A stretch of 64,000 nt of DNA. It comes from Hyalangium minutum. Lineage in GTDB: Bacteria; Myxococcota; Myxococcia; Myxococcales; Myxococcaceae. Positions 36,062 to 45,797 of this stretch are shown here, piece after piece. The position numbers and the translations under genes were made by a program. The stretch is from contig NZ_JMCB01000010.1 in NCBI RefSeq assembly GCF_000737315.1, forward strand, positions 62,001 through 126,000, given 5' to 3'. The notes under the pieces were generated by a model. The model was given only the letters and a program-made list of their open reading frames with translations. It was not told where the DNA came from and ran no database searches. How positions within the stretch are numbered: the stretch's first letter is position 1; every line of letters starts with the position of its first letter.

Positions 36062-36825
36062 GGGTTCTGCTCCTCCCACGGAAGCTGGGGGAAAGCCTTA
36101 TCGACATACTCCATCTTGACGGTCGGTGTCTTGGGGTCGGGAAGCAACATCCGGGACTTGGCATTCACCCCGAACTCGAAGACCTCCAGGGAGTGGGCAA
36201 TGCGGGGGATCTCCACCTTGGCCAGCTGGAGGATGGGAATCTCCCGGCTCATCCACGTCCGCTTGATGACCGTGCTGCGGTACATGACTTCGATGGGGAC
36301 CGCCGTCACGGTGCCCGCCGGAGTCATCAGCCGCGTCTCCTTGCCCGAGCGTACCACTGGAGGCTCCCCGGCTTGACGCGGGCGGGCGGCCGGCTTGGGC
36401 TGGGACGAGGGATGCTTCGTCAGCGCCCAGTCGAGCGCCTCCTGCGAGTACTCCTGCGGCTTGTCGAAGCCCATGGCGACGATGAGGCGGGTGACGCCGT
36501 TCGGATCGAAGGCCGCTCCCCCACCCTGCCCTCGGGCAATCAGCATGCGGATCTGCGACAGCGGCGCGCGCATGGCCGGGTGGGTGCCCATCTCCATCTC
36601 GAGCCAGAGCGCGTCGCGCCCGAGCTTGTCCTTCTCCTCGCCCACCACCGCCAGCCGCCAGTAGTGGACGCGGGCACCGCCGCCATCGAGCTTGTACGTC
36701 ACCCAGTCGCCGACCTGGGTGGTGCGGAGGCCCTTCGCGAGGTGATCGAGCAGCTCCCGACTCGGCATGGCCGCCGAGGCCGGAACCGACACGAGCAGCA
36801 GGAGCGCGAGCGCCAGCCCCCTCAT
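36058..36825 (-). CDS. Hypothetical secreted protein
   Basis: Signal peptide ending PASA; beta-rich, contains a TPAGT motif; overlaps neighbouring genes by 4 nt. Confidence 0.8.
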   Translation of the reverse strand: MRGLALALLLLVSVPASAAMPSRELLDHLAKGLRTTQVGDWVTYKLDGGGARVHYWRLAVVGEEKDKLGRDALWLEMEMGTHPAMRAPLSQIRMLIARGQGGGAAFDPNGVTRLIVAMGFDKPQEYSQEALDWALTKHPSSQPKPAARPRQAGEPPVVRSGKETRLMTPAGTVTAVPIEVMYRSTVIKRTWMSREIPILQLAKVEIPRIAHSLEVFEFGVNAKSRMLLPDPKTPTVKMEYVDKAFPQLPWEEQNP

Positions 36826-37622
36826 GGCGCGGCCTCCTTGGCGGCCTTCTTCGCGCGCTGCTCACGCTCGTAGGCGGCGCGGCTCTGGCGCACGGCCTCG
36901 CCGTTGGGCAGGGCGTCCGGCCGATCCGAGCCCACCCACATCTGAAGCACCGCCGTGGTCTCGTCGTCCACGTGGCTGAGCGTCGTCACCACCTGCTCGC
37001 CCTTGCGAGCATGCTCCAGGGTGAAGCGCTGTTCACCGGCCACCTTCACGCCTGCCTCGCGCACCAGGGAGAAGCCCTGCTGTGTCATGGTGTCTGAGAC
37101 CCGCTGACGCACCTCATTCAGGCTGCCCTGCACCAACGAAGAGCGGTGCTGCGAGCCGCCGGGATCATCGCGCGTGGTGATGTCCTGGCTGAACAACGTG
37201 CCCTCCAGCTTCACCGGGCCGGCGCCGGGCTTCTTGGGAGCGCGGACCCACAGGTCGCGCAGCGCGCAGAAGCCCACCGTCTTGCCCAAGTACCGGCGCA
37301 CCACCACGCCACGCTGCAGGCCCTCGCGCGTGTAGAGGGCGGACACCACCGCCTCGTCCTGCAGGTCGCCCTCCACCACCGTGGGGTAACCCAGCCCGCG
37401 CCAGTGCTTGGCGAAGTAGTCGACCACCTTGTCCAGCGAGTCGTCCGTGGTGAAGTACGCGAGCCGGTAGTACTCGCCGGCGATCACCAGATCGTTGCCA
37501 ATGCGCGTGTGCACAGCGCCCGGGTAGACGGGCAGCTCCTGCTCGGCGCCCGCGGACAGGGCCACGAGCAGCACGCCCAGCAGTCCGGCTCGGGCCAGCG
37601 CTCTACTCGCAGTTGACGACAT
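36822..37622 (-). CDS. Hypothetical secreted protein
   Basis: Probable start ATG 37622; signal peptide; LPVYPGA and TDDSLDKVVDYF alpha/beta repeat-like pattern. Confidence 0.78.
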   Translation of the reverse strand: MSSTASRALARAGLLGVLLVALSAGAEQELPVYPGAVHTRIGNDLVIAGEYYRLAYFTTDDSLDKVVDYFAKHWRGLGYPTVVEGDLQDEAVVSALYTREGLQRGVVVRRYLGKTVGFCALRDLWVRAPKKPGAGPVKLEGTLFSQDITTRDDPGGSQHRSSLVQGSLNEVRQRVSDTMTQQGFSLVREAGVKVAGEQRFTLEHARKGEQVVTTLSHVDDETTAVLQMWVGSDRPDALPNGEAVRQSRAAYEREQRAKKAAKEAAP

Positions 37623-38808
37623 TGGTGTTCTTGTCACCCTTGGTGGACTCGGCGCTGCGAGGCGCGGAGGGATCCTCGGCCTGCGGGTTCTTGCAGCCCA
37701 TGAAGTTCTCGCCGCGCGCCTTGAAGATCTTGATGTACTGCGAACGATCGTACGGCTGGTCCCGGAACGGCGCCGTGTCGAAGCACATGGGCCGCGGCCA
37801 GTCGATCTGCGAGAACTTGCCCAGGTTGTTCAGGCCGCCCTCGGCCTCGGAAGGATAGGACTCGATGCCGGTGTCCTCGCCGATGCACTCGCGGCCCCAC
37901 TCGCCCGCAGCGTCTCCACCGGGGCTTGGGCCGTAGTTGTGCGAGACGACGAAGGCGCCCAGAAAGTCCGGAGCGAAGTTGCTGAGGAACTGCCGGAAGC
38001 TGCCAATGCCACCCACGGCGTTCTCCAGCTGGCTGCGCACGCCGAGGAACACCATCCGGTCCACCTGCTTGTAGAGGCCGTGCGGCATGTCCGTGGGGCC
38101 ACTGCGGTGCGCACCCGCGCGCCGTCCGCGCATGGTGGCATCCGCGCCGTCCTCCATGTTCCAGGCGTCCGCGTACATGGAGAAGCGGGACTTGAGCCCC
38201 AGACTGCGGATGCTCTTGCCGCCGAACGGATCCACCTTGAAGAAGCCGCCCTGCTCGCGCTGGAGGTACTCGCGGGGGATGAGCACGTCATTGAACTTCA
38301 TGCTCATCTCCGCCTCGACCCAGCCCTTGGTGTTGAACTTCCAGAAGCCCAGCACCGCGTTGGCGCCGCCGTTCACCTGGTTGACGATCTCGCTGGCGTA
38401 GCCCTCACCGCCGTTGCCGAGCACCAGCCCGGCCTCGATGAGCGGCACCTCCTTGTTCGTCAGCGTGCCCGCCACGTCCGAGTACCGCGCGACGAAGTTG
38501 CCCCGCGGCGCATTGGGCTCCACCGAGTCCAGATCCTTGTAGCGCTCGGTGGCCTCCTCCATGGCCTCTCGCTGGGCGTCCGTGAAGGCCTTGTCGTGCT
38601 CGGCCTTGGCAAAGTCGCTCAGCGTGTAGCTCGTCATCTCCCAGACGGCGTAGCGCGAGAACTCCTGGAGCTTGATCTTCGCCCGCACCAACTCCGTCAG
38701 GTACATGCTGAACAGCAGGATCATCACCAACACGGGGGCGATGATGGCGAACTCCACCGTGGCGGAGCCGCGCCGTGCGAAGCGGAACTGGAGCGCTGAG
38801 GGTCTCAT
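37603..38808 (-). CDS. kilL: TadE-like minor pilin with a large C-terminal domain (KilL by synteny)
   Basis: RRG/SATVEFAII prepilin motif followed by a TM helix. Symbol from recalled synteny. Confidence 0.78.
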   Translation of the reverse strand: MRPSALQFRFARRGSATVEFAIIAPVLVMILLFSMYLTELVRAKIKLQEFSRYAVWEMTSYTLSDFAKAEHDKAFTDAQREAMEEATERYKDLDSVEPNAPRGNFVARYSDVAGTLTNKEVPLIEAGLVLGNGGEGYASEIVNQVNGGANAVLGFWKFNTKGWVEAEMSMKFNDVLIPREYLQREQGGFFKVDPFGGKSIRSLGLKSRFSMYADAWNMEDGADATMRGRRAGAHRSGPTDMPHGLYKQVDRMVFLGVRSQLENAVGGIGSFRQFLSNFAPDFLGAFVVSHNYGPSPGGDAAGEWGRECIGEDTGIESYPSEAEGGLNNLGKFSQIDWPRPMCFDTAPFRDQPYDRSQYIKIFKARGENFMGCKNPQAEDPSAPRSAESTKGDKNTNVVNCE

Positions 38809-38817
38809 CGGCCGGGC

Positions 38818-40893
38818 TCAGTGGGTGATGATCTTCGGCGGGATGTCCTTCAGCACGCCGGGCAGCCGGTCGGCCAGCTCGCCCACGAAGGGCAGCGAGT
38901 GCCGCCCCTGGTAGACCGAGGCGAGCCGGGGCCGCCAGTAGGGGTTGAAGAAGTTGGGCTGCTCGGCCCAGTTGCCGGGGCGGTGGTAGTACGTCTGCCC
39001 GCGGGAGATGACGTTGAGCCCCTCGATGGCGCTGAGGAACTTCATCCGGTTGTTCTTCATCTCCAGGGCGGAGTTGTAGCTAGAGAACTTCAGCTGCACC
39101 TTGCCGCCCGCGTTCAGCTCCGCGATGGCGTTGGAGCCCGTGCCCTCGTGGTCGGAGTGGTTCGCGTTCCGTACCTGATCAGGCGTCTTGTTGAGCGCCA
39201 CCCAGGTGGAGGGCTGGTTGAAGTCGTGCTTGTAGCGGGTGGCGGCCTCCTCGTTGGCCGCGCCGCCGCACGTGTCGCCGTACTGGCCGGGCTCGAAGTG
39301 CATGAACGGCACGATGCCCTTCCATGGGTGGTTGCCGTCCTGCGCAGGCATGACGTTGGCCGTGTACACGTCGATCTCGGGCACCAGCGGCGGGCAGAAC
39401 CCGAGGACCTCCTTCACGCACACCTCGCTGCGGTGGACTCCCACCTCCGACTCGGGGCCTTCCGGCCGGTACAGCCGCAGCCAGTTGTCCCCGGCGGGCT
39501 CGGTCTCGTGGTGGATGCGCCAGTGCACGCCGCCGTTCTTGTACGAGCCCTCGGTCTCGTTCATGGCCCAGATGCTGGTCTTCGTCACGTGCTTGAAGGC
39601 CAGCTTGCTGCTCCCCGTGTCCTTGTAGCCCTTGCGCGGATCGCCCCAGCACTCGCGAGGGTTGTCGTCGTCCTCGCACGCGAACGGGTTGCGGAAGCCA
39701 GCGAAGCCCTCGGGGCCGAACTTGATCCAGTACACGTCGTCCGAGCCCAGGTTGTCGCCCTGCGCGAGCCGGCCGAGCATGGGCTCGATGCCGTCGTTCC
39801 AGTCGCGGATCGTGTTACGCGGGGTGTACGGCTTGCCCGTCTGGCTGATCTTCGAGGAGTTGGGGTTGTTCGAGGTGAGGAAGCGCGTCTGCCCGTACTT
39901 GGCGAACTTGAAGATGGGCGTGTCGATGTCCGAGCTGAGCAGGTCGCGGATGACGCCCAGGCCGTCCGGCAGCGGGAGCAGGTCACCCAGCTTGCGCGAG
40001 GTGACGAAGCCCTCGGGGCAGGCCCCGCCGCCCGAGTCGCAGGCATAGCGGGTCGCGTTGGTGATGGCGCCCATGACACGCTTGGCCCGCGCCTCTTTCT
40101 CCGAGTGCTTGTTCTTCTTCGGATCAATGGGCTCCCAGGGCGTCTTCGGAACGCCCAGCGGGCGGCCGCCAGCCTCGCGGAAGTGGGCCTGATCGAAGAG
40201 GCACGCGCTCACCACGCCCGCGGCGAGCTGCCCCAGCTTCGAGTCCACGTTCTTGTCGTTGGCGGCGATGACCGAGTCCGTGGTCTGCCCCACCTGAGTG
40301 AGCGTGGCCATCATCACCACCTGGGAGGCGAAGAACATGGCCGAGTTCAGCGTCCGGTGGGTGGGGATGACGTACTGGCCTATCAATCTGTCGGGGTTGA
40401 GGTTCCTCAAGACCCGTTGGAACGTCATGATCAGGTTCTTGAACGTGGTCATGAACCGGTCGATCACCCGCATGATCTGACTGAGGTACGGCACCAGGTT
40501 CTCGAGGATGGGACAGGCCACGGTCCAGAACAGCCCGTCTGGGTCTCCCGCGCAGGGGTTGATGGTGCGCATGAAGCCGTAGATGTCCGTGACGAAGGCC
40601 TCGGCGAAGTAGATGAGCGACAGCAGCGACTGCCACATCATCGCCGACACGTAGTGCGAGACCTGGGTGCGGTTGGCGTACGCGTAGAAGTTGAAGGTGC
40701 GCGCCTCCATGGCGGCCATGGAGTAGGCGGCGGCGTCCGCGGTGTTCTGCAGCCGGACGCGCTCGTGGATGGTGTGGCCCAGGTTCACCGTGGTGAGCAC
40801 GGCGATGGACATGATGAGCACGAGCAGCGCGGCCACGACGAGGGCCTGGCCCTCCTGGCGGCGGAAGCTCTGTCTCAGGACGCGGGTGAACAT
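38818..40893 (-). CDS. TadG-like minor pilin/tip protein (691 aa)
   Basis: EG/QALVVAALL, RLQNTADAAAYS TadG-type N-terminus; large Cys-containing C-terminal domain. Confidence 0.85.
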   Translation of the reverse strand: MFTRVLRQSFRRQEGQALVVAALLVLIMSIAVLTTVNLGHTIHERVRLQNTADAAAYSMAAMEARTFNFYAYANRTQVSHYVSAMMWQSLLSLIYFAEAFVTDIYGFMRTINPCAGDPDGLFWTVACPILENLVPYLSQIMRVIDRFMTTFKNLIMTFQRVLRNLNPDRLIGQYVIPTHRTLNSAMFFASQVVMMATLTQVGQTTDSVIAANDKNVDSKLGQLAAGVVSACLFDQAHFREAGGRPLGVPKTPWEPIDPKKNKHSEKEARAKRVMGAITNATRYACDSGGGACPEGFVTSRKLGDLLPLPDGLGVIRDLLSSDIDTPIFKFAKYGQTRFLTSNNPNSSKISQTGKPYTPRNTIRDWNDGIEPMLGRLAQGDNLGSDDVYWIKFGPEGFAGFRNPFACEDDDNPRECWGDPRKGYKDTGSSKLAFKHVTKTSIWAMNETEGSYKNGGVHWRIHHETEPAGDNWLRLYRPEGPESEVGVHRSEVCVKEVLGFCPPLVPEIDVYTANVMPAQDGNHPWKGIVPFMHFEPGQYGDTCGGAANEEAATRYKHDFNQPSTWVALNKTPDQVRNANHSDHEGTGSNAIAELNAGGKVQLKFSSYNSALEMKNNRMKFLSAIEGLNVISRGQTYYHRPGNWAEQPNFFNPYWRPRLASVYQGRHSLPFVGELADRLPGVLKDIPPKIITH

Positions 40894-40896
40894 GAC

Positions 40897-41874
40897 CTAG
40901 AGGCCCCAGTCGGGGTTGAAGTGCAGGATCCACTTCCGGTGGAAGTTGGACTGCATGCGGATGGTGTACGTGGCCGTCAGCGGCAGGAAGTAGCGCTTGC
41001 CCACCAGGTCCGAGATGAGCGGGATGCTGCCCGTGGCCAGCCCCCAGAGGACCCACATCTCCGGGGCGTACACGGTGCTGTAGCCCCGCTCGTGGTCGAT
41101 CTCCCGGGCCCGGCCCACGAGCCCGGACACGTTCGCCGTGCGGTTGAGCATGTTGCCCCGCAGCAGCGTGGGCCGATCAATGGCGCCGTAGAGCGCCGTC
41201 TGCGCGTTGGAGGCGTACCACGCGGTGAAGATGATCCAGTTGGCGAACGGGACCCGCATCTCGTACCAGTAGCGCAGGCGAATCGTGAGGCGCGTGGCCT
41301 TGCGGTACACCGTCTCCGAGTCGTCCGGCTCCGGCAGGTTGAAGAACTTGCGGATGTTGTCCTCGAGCTCGGGCACCTCGGGGAAGCTGGCGGCGCCGTC
41401 GAAGTCCAGCTCCTGCCAGTCCTTGCCCGGGCGCAGCTTCCAGATGCTGTCGATGGGCGTGAAGTAGGCCGGGTTGATGGTGTCCACCCGGATCATCCCG
41501 AACAGGTTCGCGCCGTTGAACGAGGCCGGCGGCCGCACCTTGGTGGCGTTCCACGCCAGGTTGCTCAGGGCCTCGTCATAGAGCTTGTGCGTGCCCCACG
41601 TCACCGCCAGCTTGTCCAGCGAGTCCGTGCGCCCCATCGTCGGCAGCAGCGCCACGATGGCCGCGTCGTGCATGCGCTCGTTGTTGCCATTCCACACGCT
41701 GCCAGCGCGCGCCGCCTGATACGCCGCGTACTCCGTCATCAGCTTCGCGTGCTGGATCATGGTCAGCTGGATGATGCCCAGCGCCATGAACACCATGAGC
41801 GGCATGATCAACGCCGCCTCGACAGCGACCTGACCCGACTCCCGACCTGACTCCCCAGAATCCATTTGGTCCAT
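40897..41874 (-). CDS. kilM: TadE-family minor pilin (KilM by synteny)
   Basis: SG/QVAVEAALIMP, YAAYQAARAG. The start may instead be ATG 41865. Symbol from recalled synteny. Confidence 0.8.
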   Translation of the reverse strand: MDQMDSGESGRESGQVAVEAALIMPLMVFMALGIIQLTMIQHAKLMTEYAAYQAARAGSVWNGNNERMHDAAIVALLPTMGRTDSLDKLAVTWGTHKLYDEALSNLAWNATKVRPPASFNGANLFGMIRVDTINPAYFTPIDSIWKLRPGKDWQELDFDGAASFPEVPELEDNIRKFFNLPEPDDSETVYRKATRLTIRLRYWYEMRVPFANWIIFTAWYASNAQTALYGAIDRPTLLRGNMLNRTANVSGLVGRAREIDHERGYSTVYAPEMWVLWGLATGSIPLISDLVGKRYFLPLTATYTIRMQSNFHRKWILHFNPDWGL

Positions 41875-41875
41875 T

Positions 41876-41901
41876 ATCGGAAATCGGGAGCACAGGTTTC
41901 A
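41876..41901 (-). promoter_or_regulatory. Candidate ECF-type promoter TGAAAC-N16-CGAT upstream of the minor-pilin operon
   Basis: AAC-containing -35 and CG-containing -10 with 16-nt spacing, directly downstream of an ECF sigma/anti-sigma pair. Confidence 0.35.
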
Positions 41902-41959
41902 TCGGTCAATTGGACCGGCGTTCTGGGCTTCCCTTCCGTCAGGACTGGAATCAGGGCCC

Positions 41960-43654
41960 TCATTGGCTGAGGGCGGAGTCCGGGGCCGACATCTTCTTCT
42001 CAGCGGGAGCCGCCTTCACGGGGCCCCGGGAGCCGGGCTTGGAGCTGTCTGCCTCCATGCCCTCCTTGCGCAGGCGGTTGCGGGCAAGCTGCGCGGCGCT
42101 GGAGTTGGGATCCTCCTCCAGCACCAAGGCGCAGGCCTCGAGCGCCTCCTGGCGGCGGCCAATGGCAAACTCGGCCTCACAGAGGCGGTTGAGCAGACCG
42201 AGCCGCTCCTTGCCTGTCACCGCCGCCAGCGCCTGACGCAGCAGTTGGGCCTCCAGCACCCGGTTCCCCGAGCGCTGCGCGTCCTGCGCCAGCTTGGACA
42301 GCTCGGCGGCAGAGGGCTCGGAAGAGTCTCCCCGAGGCTCGGCGCGAGCCCCGGACTTCGAGGGCTTCCGAGTGGCCTCGGTGGACACCGAGGGCATGGG
42401 CGCCGCAGCGGCCGTCGAAGGCGGAGGCGGAGGCGGAGGCGCGGACGGAGCAGAAGACGGCGCGCTCTGCTCGCGCTTCGCGGTGGACGTCTTGCCCCCG
42501 AACAGATCATCGAAGTCTTCGTTGGGAGCAGGGCTCGCGGTCTTGCCCGAAGCGCTTCCCCTGCTCCGGCCCTCTTTCACGCGGAGCGAGAGACGCGAGG
42601 GCTCATCCTGCTGCACCTGGGCCTCGCTCTCGGCGGCGAGTCCGTCCGCGGGAGCCTCCATCACGGGCGCCTGAGCCTGCGCGGGCGTGGACGGCTGCTG
42701 GGGCACGGCGGCGCCCGCAGAGGCCTCCTGCGGCGGAGACACCAGGATGGGCTTCGGCTTGGAGAACGCGCCCGACTGGGTCATCGCGTCGCGACGATCG
42801 TATTGATAGCGCTGCTTCAGAGCACTCTCCTCAGCGAGAGCCTCGCCGCTGGCCGCGTCATCGGCCGCCCGGGATTCATCCTGGGCATCTCGGGGGCCGA
42901 AGCCGGTGCCCACGTTGCTCCACTCGGAGCGCGAGCCCTTCGTGCCTGCCTCGAACGGCTTCTTCTCGAGAGCCACCTTCTCCTGCGGGGAGGGGTCCAG
43001 CTTCGCGGCCGGAGCGGGCGGCGGCGGGGTGATGCCCTGCAAGGCGTTGCTGCGCTCCTCGTCCTGAGAGTCGCCCGCGCCCAAAGAGCCCAGGGTGTTG
43101 TCCTTGTCCGCGGCCGTGGGCGGCACCATCTGGGCCTGAGGCGCGGCCTTCTGCATCGCGGACGACGGCAGCGCCACGGGAGTTCGCGGGGCGTTCGGCT
43201 CTCGGTACGACTCGTCCGGGCTGGGCGCAGCGCTGGGAAGAGGCAAGGCCTCGGCGCTCTTCTTCTGCACGCTCTGCGACGCGACCTCATCCTTGAGGTG
43301 CAGGTTCTGGTTCACCGTGACGGAGACGACGCCGAAGGCGCATACCGCGGCGACACCCATCACTGGCACCAGCCAGCGCCGCCACCACACCGGCTTCGGA
43401 GCAGGCCCCGCCGCCGCGTTGCGAGCGGCCTGCTGCGCGTAGGCGAGCAGGGACTCCAGGCCCGCGTCGGGAGCGGGCTCCATGGGCAGCTGCGCCATGG
43501 TGGCGCGCACACCGCCGATGCCCGCGAGCAGCTCGCTGCACCGGGTGCAGCCCTCGAGGTGGGACTGAACCGCCTGGGCCTCCTGGGGCGGTAGCTCGCC
43601 GTAAGCGAAGTCGAGGAGCCGGTCCTCGTGCGCGTGCAGGGCCTGGGGCTTCAT
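41960..43654 (-). CDS. zf-HC2 (ZAS) anti-sigma factor with TM, long disordered region and C-terminal TPR
   Basis: HLEGCTRC (HxxxCxxC), TM WLVPVMGVAAVCAFG, 4-nt overlap with the sigma gene. Confidence 0.88.
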   Translation of the reverse strand: MKPQALHAHEDRLLDFAYGELPPQEAQAVQSHLEGCTRCSELLAGIGGVRATMAQLPMEPAPDAGLESLLAYAQQAARNAAAGPAPKPVWWRRWLVPVMGVAAVCAFGVVSVTVNQNLHLKDEVASQSVQKKSAEALPLPSAAPSPDESYREPNAPRTPVALPSSAMQKAAPQAQMVPPTAADKDNTLGSLGAGDSQDEERSNALQGITPPPPAPAAKLDPSPQEKVALEKKPFEAGTKGSRSEWSNVGTGFGPRDAQDESRAADDAASGEALAEESALKQRYQYDRRDAMTQSGAFSKPKPILVSPPQEASAGAAVPQQPSTPAQAQAPVMEAPADGLAAESEAQVQQDEPSRLSLRVKEGRSRGSASGKTASPAPNEDFDDLFGGKTSTAKREQSAPSSAPSAPPPPPPPSTAAAAPMPSVSTEATRKPSKSGARAEPRGDSSEPSAAELSKLAQDAQRSGNRVLEAQLLRQALAAVTGKERLGLLNRLCEAEFAIGRRQEALEACALVLEEDPNSSAAQLARNRLRKEGMEADSSKPGSRGPVKAAPAEKKMSAPDSALSQ

Positions 43655-44286
43655 CCCGCCACCGTCCTTCCGTCATCGGCGAGATCGCCATCCACGCCCA
43701 GTTCGGCCAGCCGCCGACGCAGGCCCTCCAGGGCGTAGCGCATCCGGCTCTTCACCGTGTTCTCGGGGACCCCCGTCACCTCGGCGATCTCCTTGAAGGC
43801 AATTCCACTGTACTCACGCAGGAGGAAGACCTCGCGCTGCTCTTCCGGGAGGCTGGCCAGGGCGCGCTCGATGAGGGGCCTCAAGCGGGCGTTGTAGGCA
43901 CCGCGCTCCGGGCTGGCGCCGGTGTCCGGGAGTGACTCTCCCAGCGCCCGGCCCTCGTCGCCGCCGGCCCCATTGCCCGTGGGTGCCTCCAGGGAGGAGG
44001 CCTGCCGGTAGCTCTCTTTGCGCGCGCTGTCCACGCAGAGGTTCCTCGCAATCGTGTAAAGCCACGTCGTGAACTTGGCCTTGGCCTCGTACTCCCGTGC
44101 GCTGCGTACCACCTTCAGCCACGTCTCCTGCAGCACGTCCTCCGCCCGTGCCCGGTGCCCCGTGAAGCGGAGGATGAAGTTGAAGACCGGCGTCCGGTGC
44201 CGCTGCACCAGCTTCTCGAACGCACGGGCATCCCCCGCCTTGAAGGCGAGCATCAGCCCCTCGTCTGAGGTTTCCGGTCCCACCAC
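43651..44286 (-). CDS. ECF RNA polymerase sigma factor
   Basis: AEDVLQETW, FTTWLYTIARNLCVD, LPEEQREVFLLRE, TVKSRMRYA. Confidence 0.95.
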   Translation of the reverse strand: MVGPETSDEGLMLAFKAGDARAFEKLVQRHRTPVFNFILRFTGHRARAEDVLQETWLKVVRSAREYEAKAKFTTWLYTIARNLCVDSARKESYRQASSLEAPTGNGAGGDEGRALGESLPDTGASPERGAYNARLRPLIERALASLPEEQREVFLLREYSGIAFKEIAEVTGVPENTVKSRMRYALEGLRRRLAELGVDGDLADDGRTVAG

Positions 44287-44362
44287 TCCCCCATCACGAG
44301 GCCACGGGTCATCCCCGTCCCCCTCCCACCCTCGCCTTCAACGGGCGAGCACGCAGTTGGGT

Positions 44363-44770
44363 CTAGCCGGGGCGTGGCCTTCGGTAAGTGGCGAGAATGA
44401 CAGGGACCGCGACGGCTGTCACGAGGGCGGCCTGGGCCAGCAGGACGGTGGGCAGGGGCCGCTGAAAGTGGACGTAAAGCGAGCGGCCAAGCGCCAGCCC
44501 CAGAAAAACCCCCGTGAACGTCCGCACAAAGTTGGAACCGCCCGCGGGCCGGAAGCGTCCGAGCGCCCAGTCCACGAGCGCCGGCAAGGTAAGGCCGAGC
44601 ACCACCGGCACATCCCACTCCCACTGGAGGGGCGCCCGGAGGACGAACAGTCCCACGAGGGCGACGACCAGCACCGGGTAGGTGCCCAGGCAGCGGGCGC
44701 AGACACGCACCCCGCCGAGCACATAGGTGCGGTTGTACTCATCCTCCCGATGGTGGCTGAGCCAGAACAC
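44363..44770 (-). CDS. DUF2085-like membrane protein
   Basis: Probable start GTG 44770 (MFWLSHH); VCARCLGTY motif followed by TM helices. Confidence 0.7.
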   Translation of the reverse strand: MFWLSHHREDEYNRTYVLGGVRVCARCLGTYPVLVVALVGLFVLRAPLQWEWDVPVVLGLTLPALVDWALGRFRPAGGSNFVRTFTGVFLGLALGRSLYVHFQRPLPTVLLAQAALVTAVAVPVILATYRRPRPG

Positions 44771-45797
44771 CTGGGTCTCCTCCGCTGTGCGGGGCCGGGG
44801 TTGGGGACTCCACAGTACCCCGGGCGTCGGGCTCCGCCAGGAAGCAGGCAGCGGTGTGGCCATTGCCCAGCGCATATAAAGGAGGTGTCTCGCGCCGGCA
44901 GCGGTCGAAGGCGTAGGGGCAGCGCGGATGGAAGGCGCACCCTGGCGGGGGAGCCAAAGGAGACGGAACATCGCCCTGGAGGATGATCCGCGTCTTCTTG
45001 TGCTCCGGATCCGGCACCGGCACGGCGGACAGCAGCGCCTGGGTGTACGGGTGGCGCGGGCGTCGGTACAGCTCGGCCGAGTCCGCCAGCTCGACGATCT
45101 TCCCCAGGTACATCACCGCCACGCGGGTGGAGATGTACTCGACGATCTTGAGGTCGTGCGCGATGAAGACGTAGGTGAGCTTCAGCTCTCGCTGCAGATC
45201 CACGAGCAGGTTGACGATCTGCGCCTGGATGGAGACATCGAGCGCGCTGATGGGCTCGTCGGCGATGACCAGGTCCGGCCGCATGGCGATGGAGCGCGCG
45301 ATGCCGATGCGCTGGCGCTGGCCGCCGGAGAACTCGTGCGGATAGCGCTCCATGGCCTCTCGGGGCAGGCCCATCAGCTCCAGCAGGGCGAGCACCTTCT
45401 CCTCGCGCTCGCGGCCCCGGGCCAGCCCGTGGATGGCGAACGGCTCGCCGATGATGTCGCGCACCGTCATGCGCGGATTCAGCGAGGCGTACGGATCCTG
45501 GAAGATGAGCTGCATCCGGCGGCGCAGGGGACGCAGCTCTCGCTGGGAGAGGCCCGTGAGCTCGCGGCCCTCGAAGCGGATGGAGCCGGAGGTGGGATCA
45601 ATGAGGCGCAGGAGCGTCCGGCCCAGGGTGCTCTTGCCGCAGCCACTCTCGCCCACCAGCCCGAGCGTCTCGCCGCGCATCACCTCGAAGCTCACCCCGT
45701 CCACGGCCTTCACGGTGCCGCGCACCCGGCCCAGCAGGCCACCGCGCACGGGGAAGTGCGTCTTGAGGTCCCTCACCTGGAGAAGGGGCTCGGTCAT
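44739..45797 (-). CDS. oppF: Oligopeptide ABC transporter ATP-binding subunit (OppF type)
   Basis: Start ATG 45797; [33 protein letters not shown]...C.F.PRC tail. Confidence 0.92.
   Translation of the reverse strand: MTEPLLQVRDLKTHFPVRGGLLGRVRGTVKAVDGVSFEVMRGETLGLVGESGCGKSTLGRTLLRLIDPTSGSIRFEGRELTGLSQRELRPLRRRMQLIFQDPYASLNPRMTVRDIIGEPFAIHGLARGREREEKVLALLELMGLPREAMERYPHEFSGGQRQRIGIARSIAMRPDLVIADEPISALDVSIQAQIVNLLVDLQRELKLTYVFIAHDLKIVEYISTRVAVMYLGKIVELADSAELYRRPRHPYTQALLSAVPVPDPEHKKTRIILQGDVPSPLAPPPGCAFHPRCPYAFDRCRRETPPLYALGNGHTAACFLAEPDARGTVESPTPAPHSGGDPGVLAQPPSGG

Noticed and set aside
38821-41850. 1009-aa plus-strand ORF, and similar long ORFs at 5504-7975, 16079-18589, 18739-21450, 28809-30680 and 62176-63864
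   Set aside because: They lie antisense to well-supported genes, have no recognisable motifs, and are expected as shadow ORFs in high-GC DNA.
28770-41874. Tad cluster as the novel system
   Set aside because: It matches the published Kil cluster 2 in content and, from memory, gene order, so only its variable and uncharacterised parts are flagged as findings.
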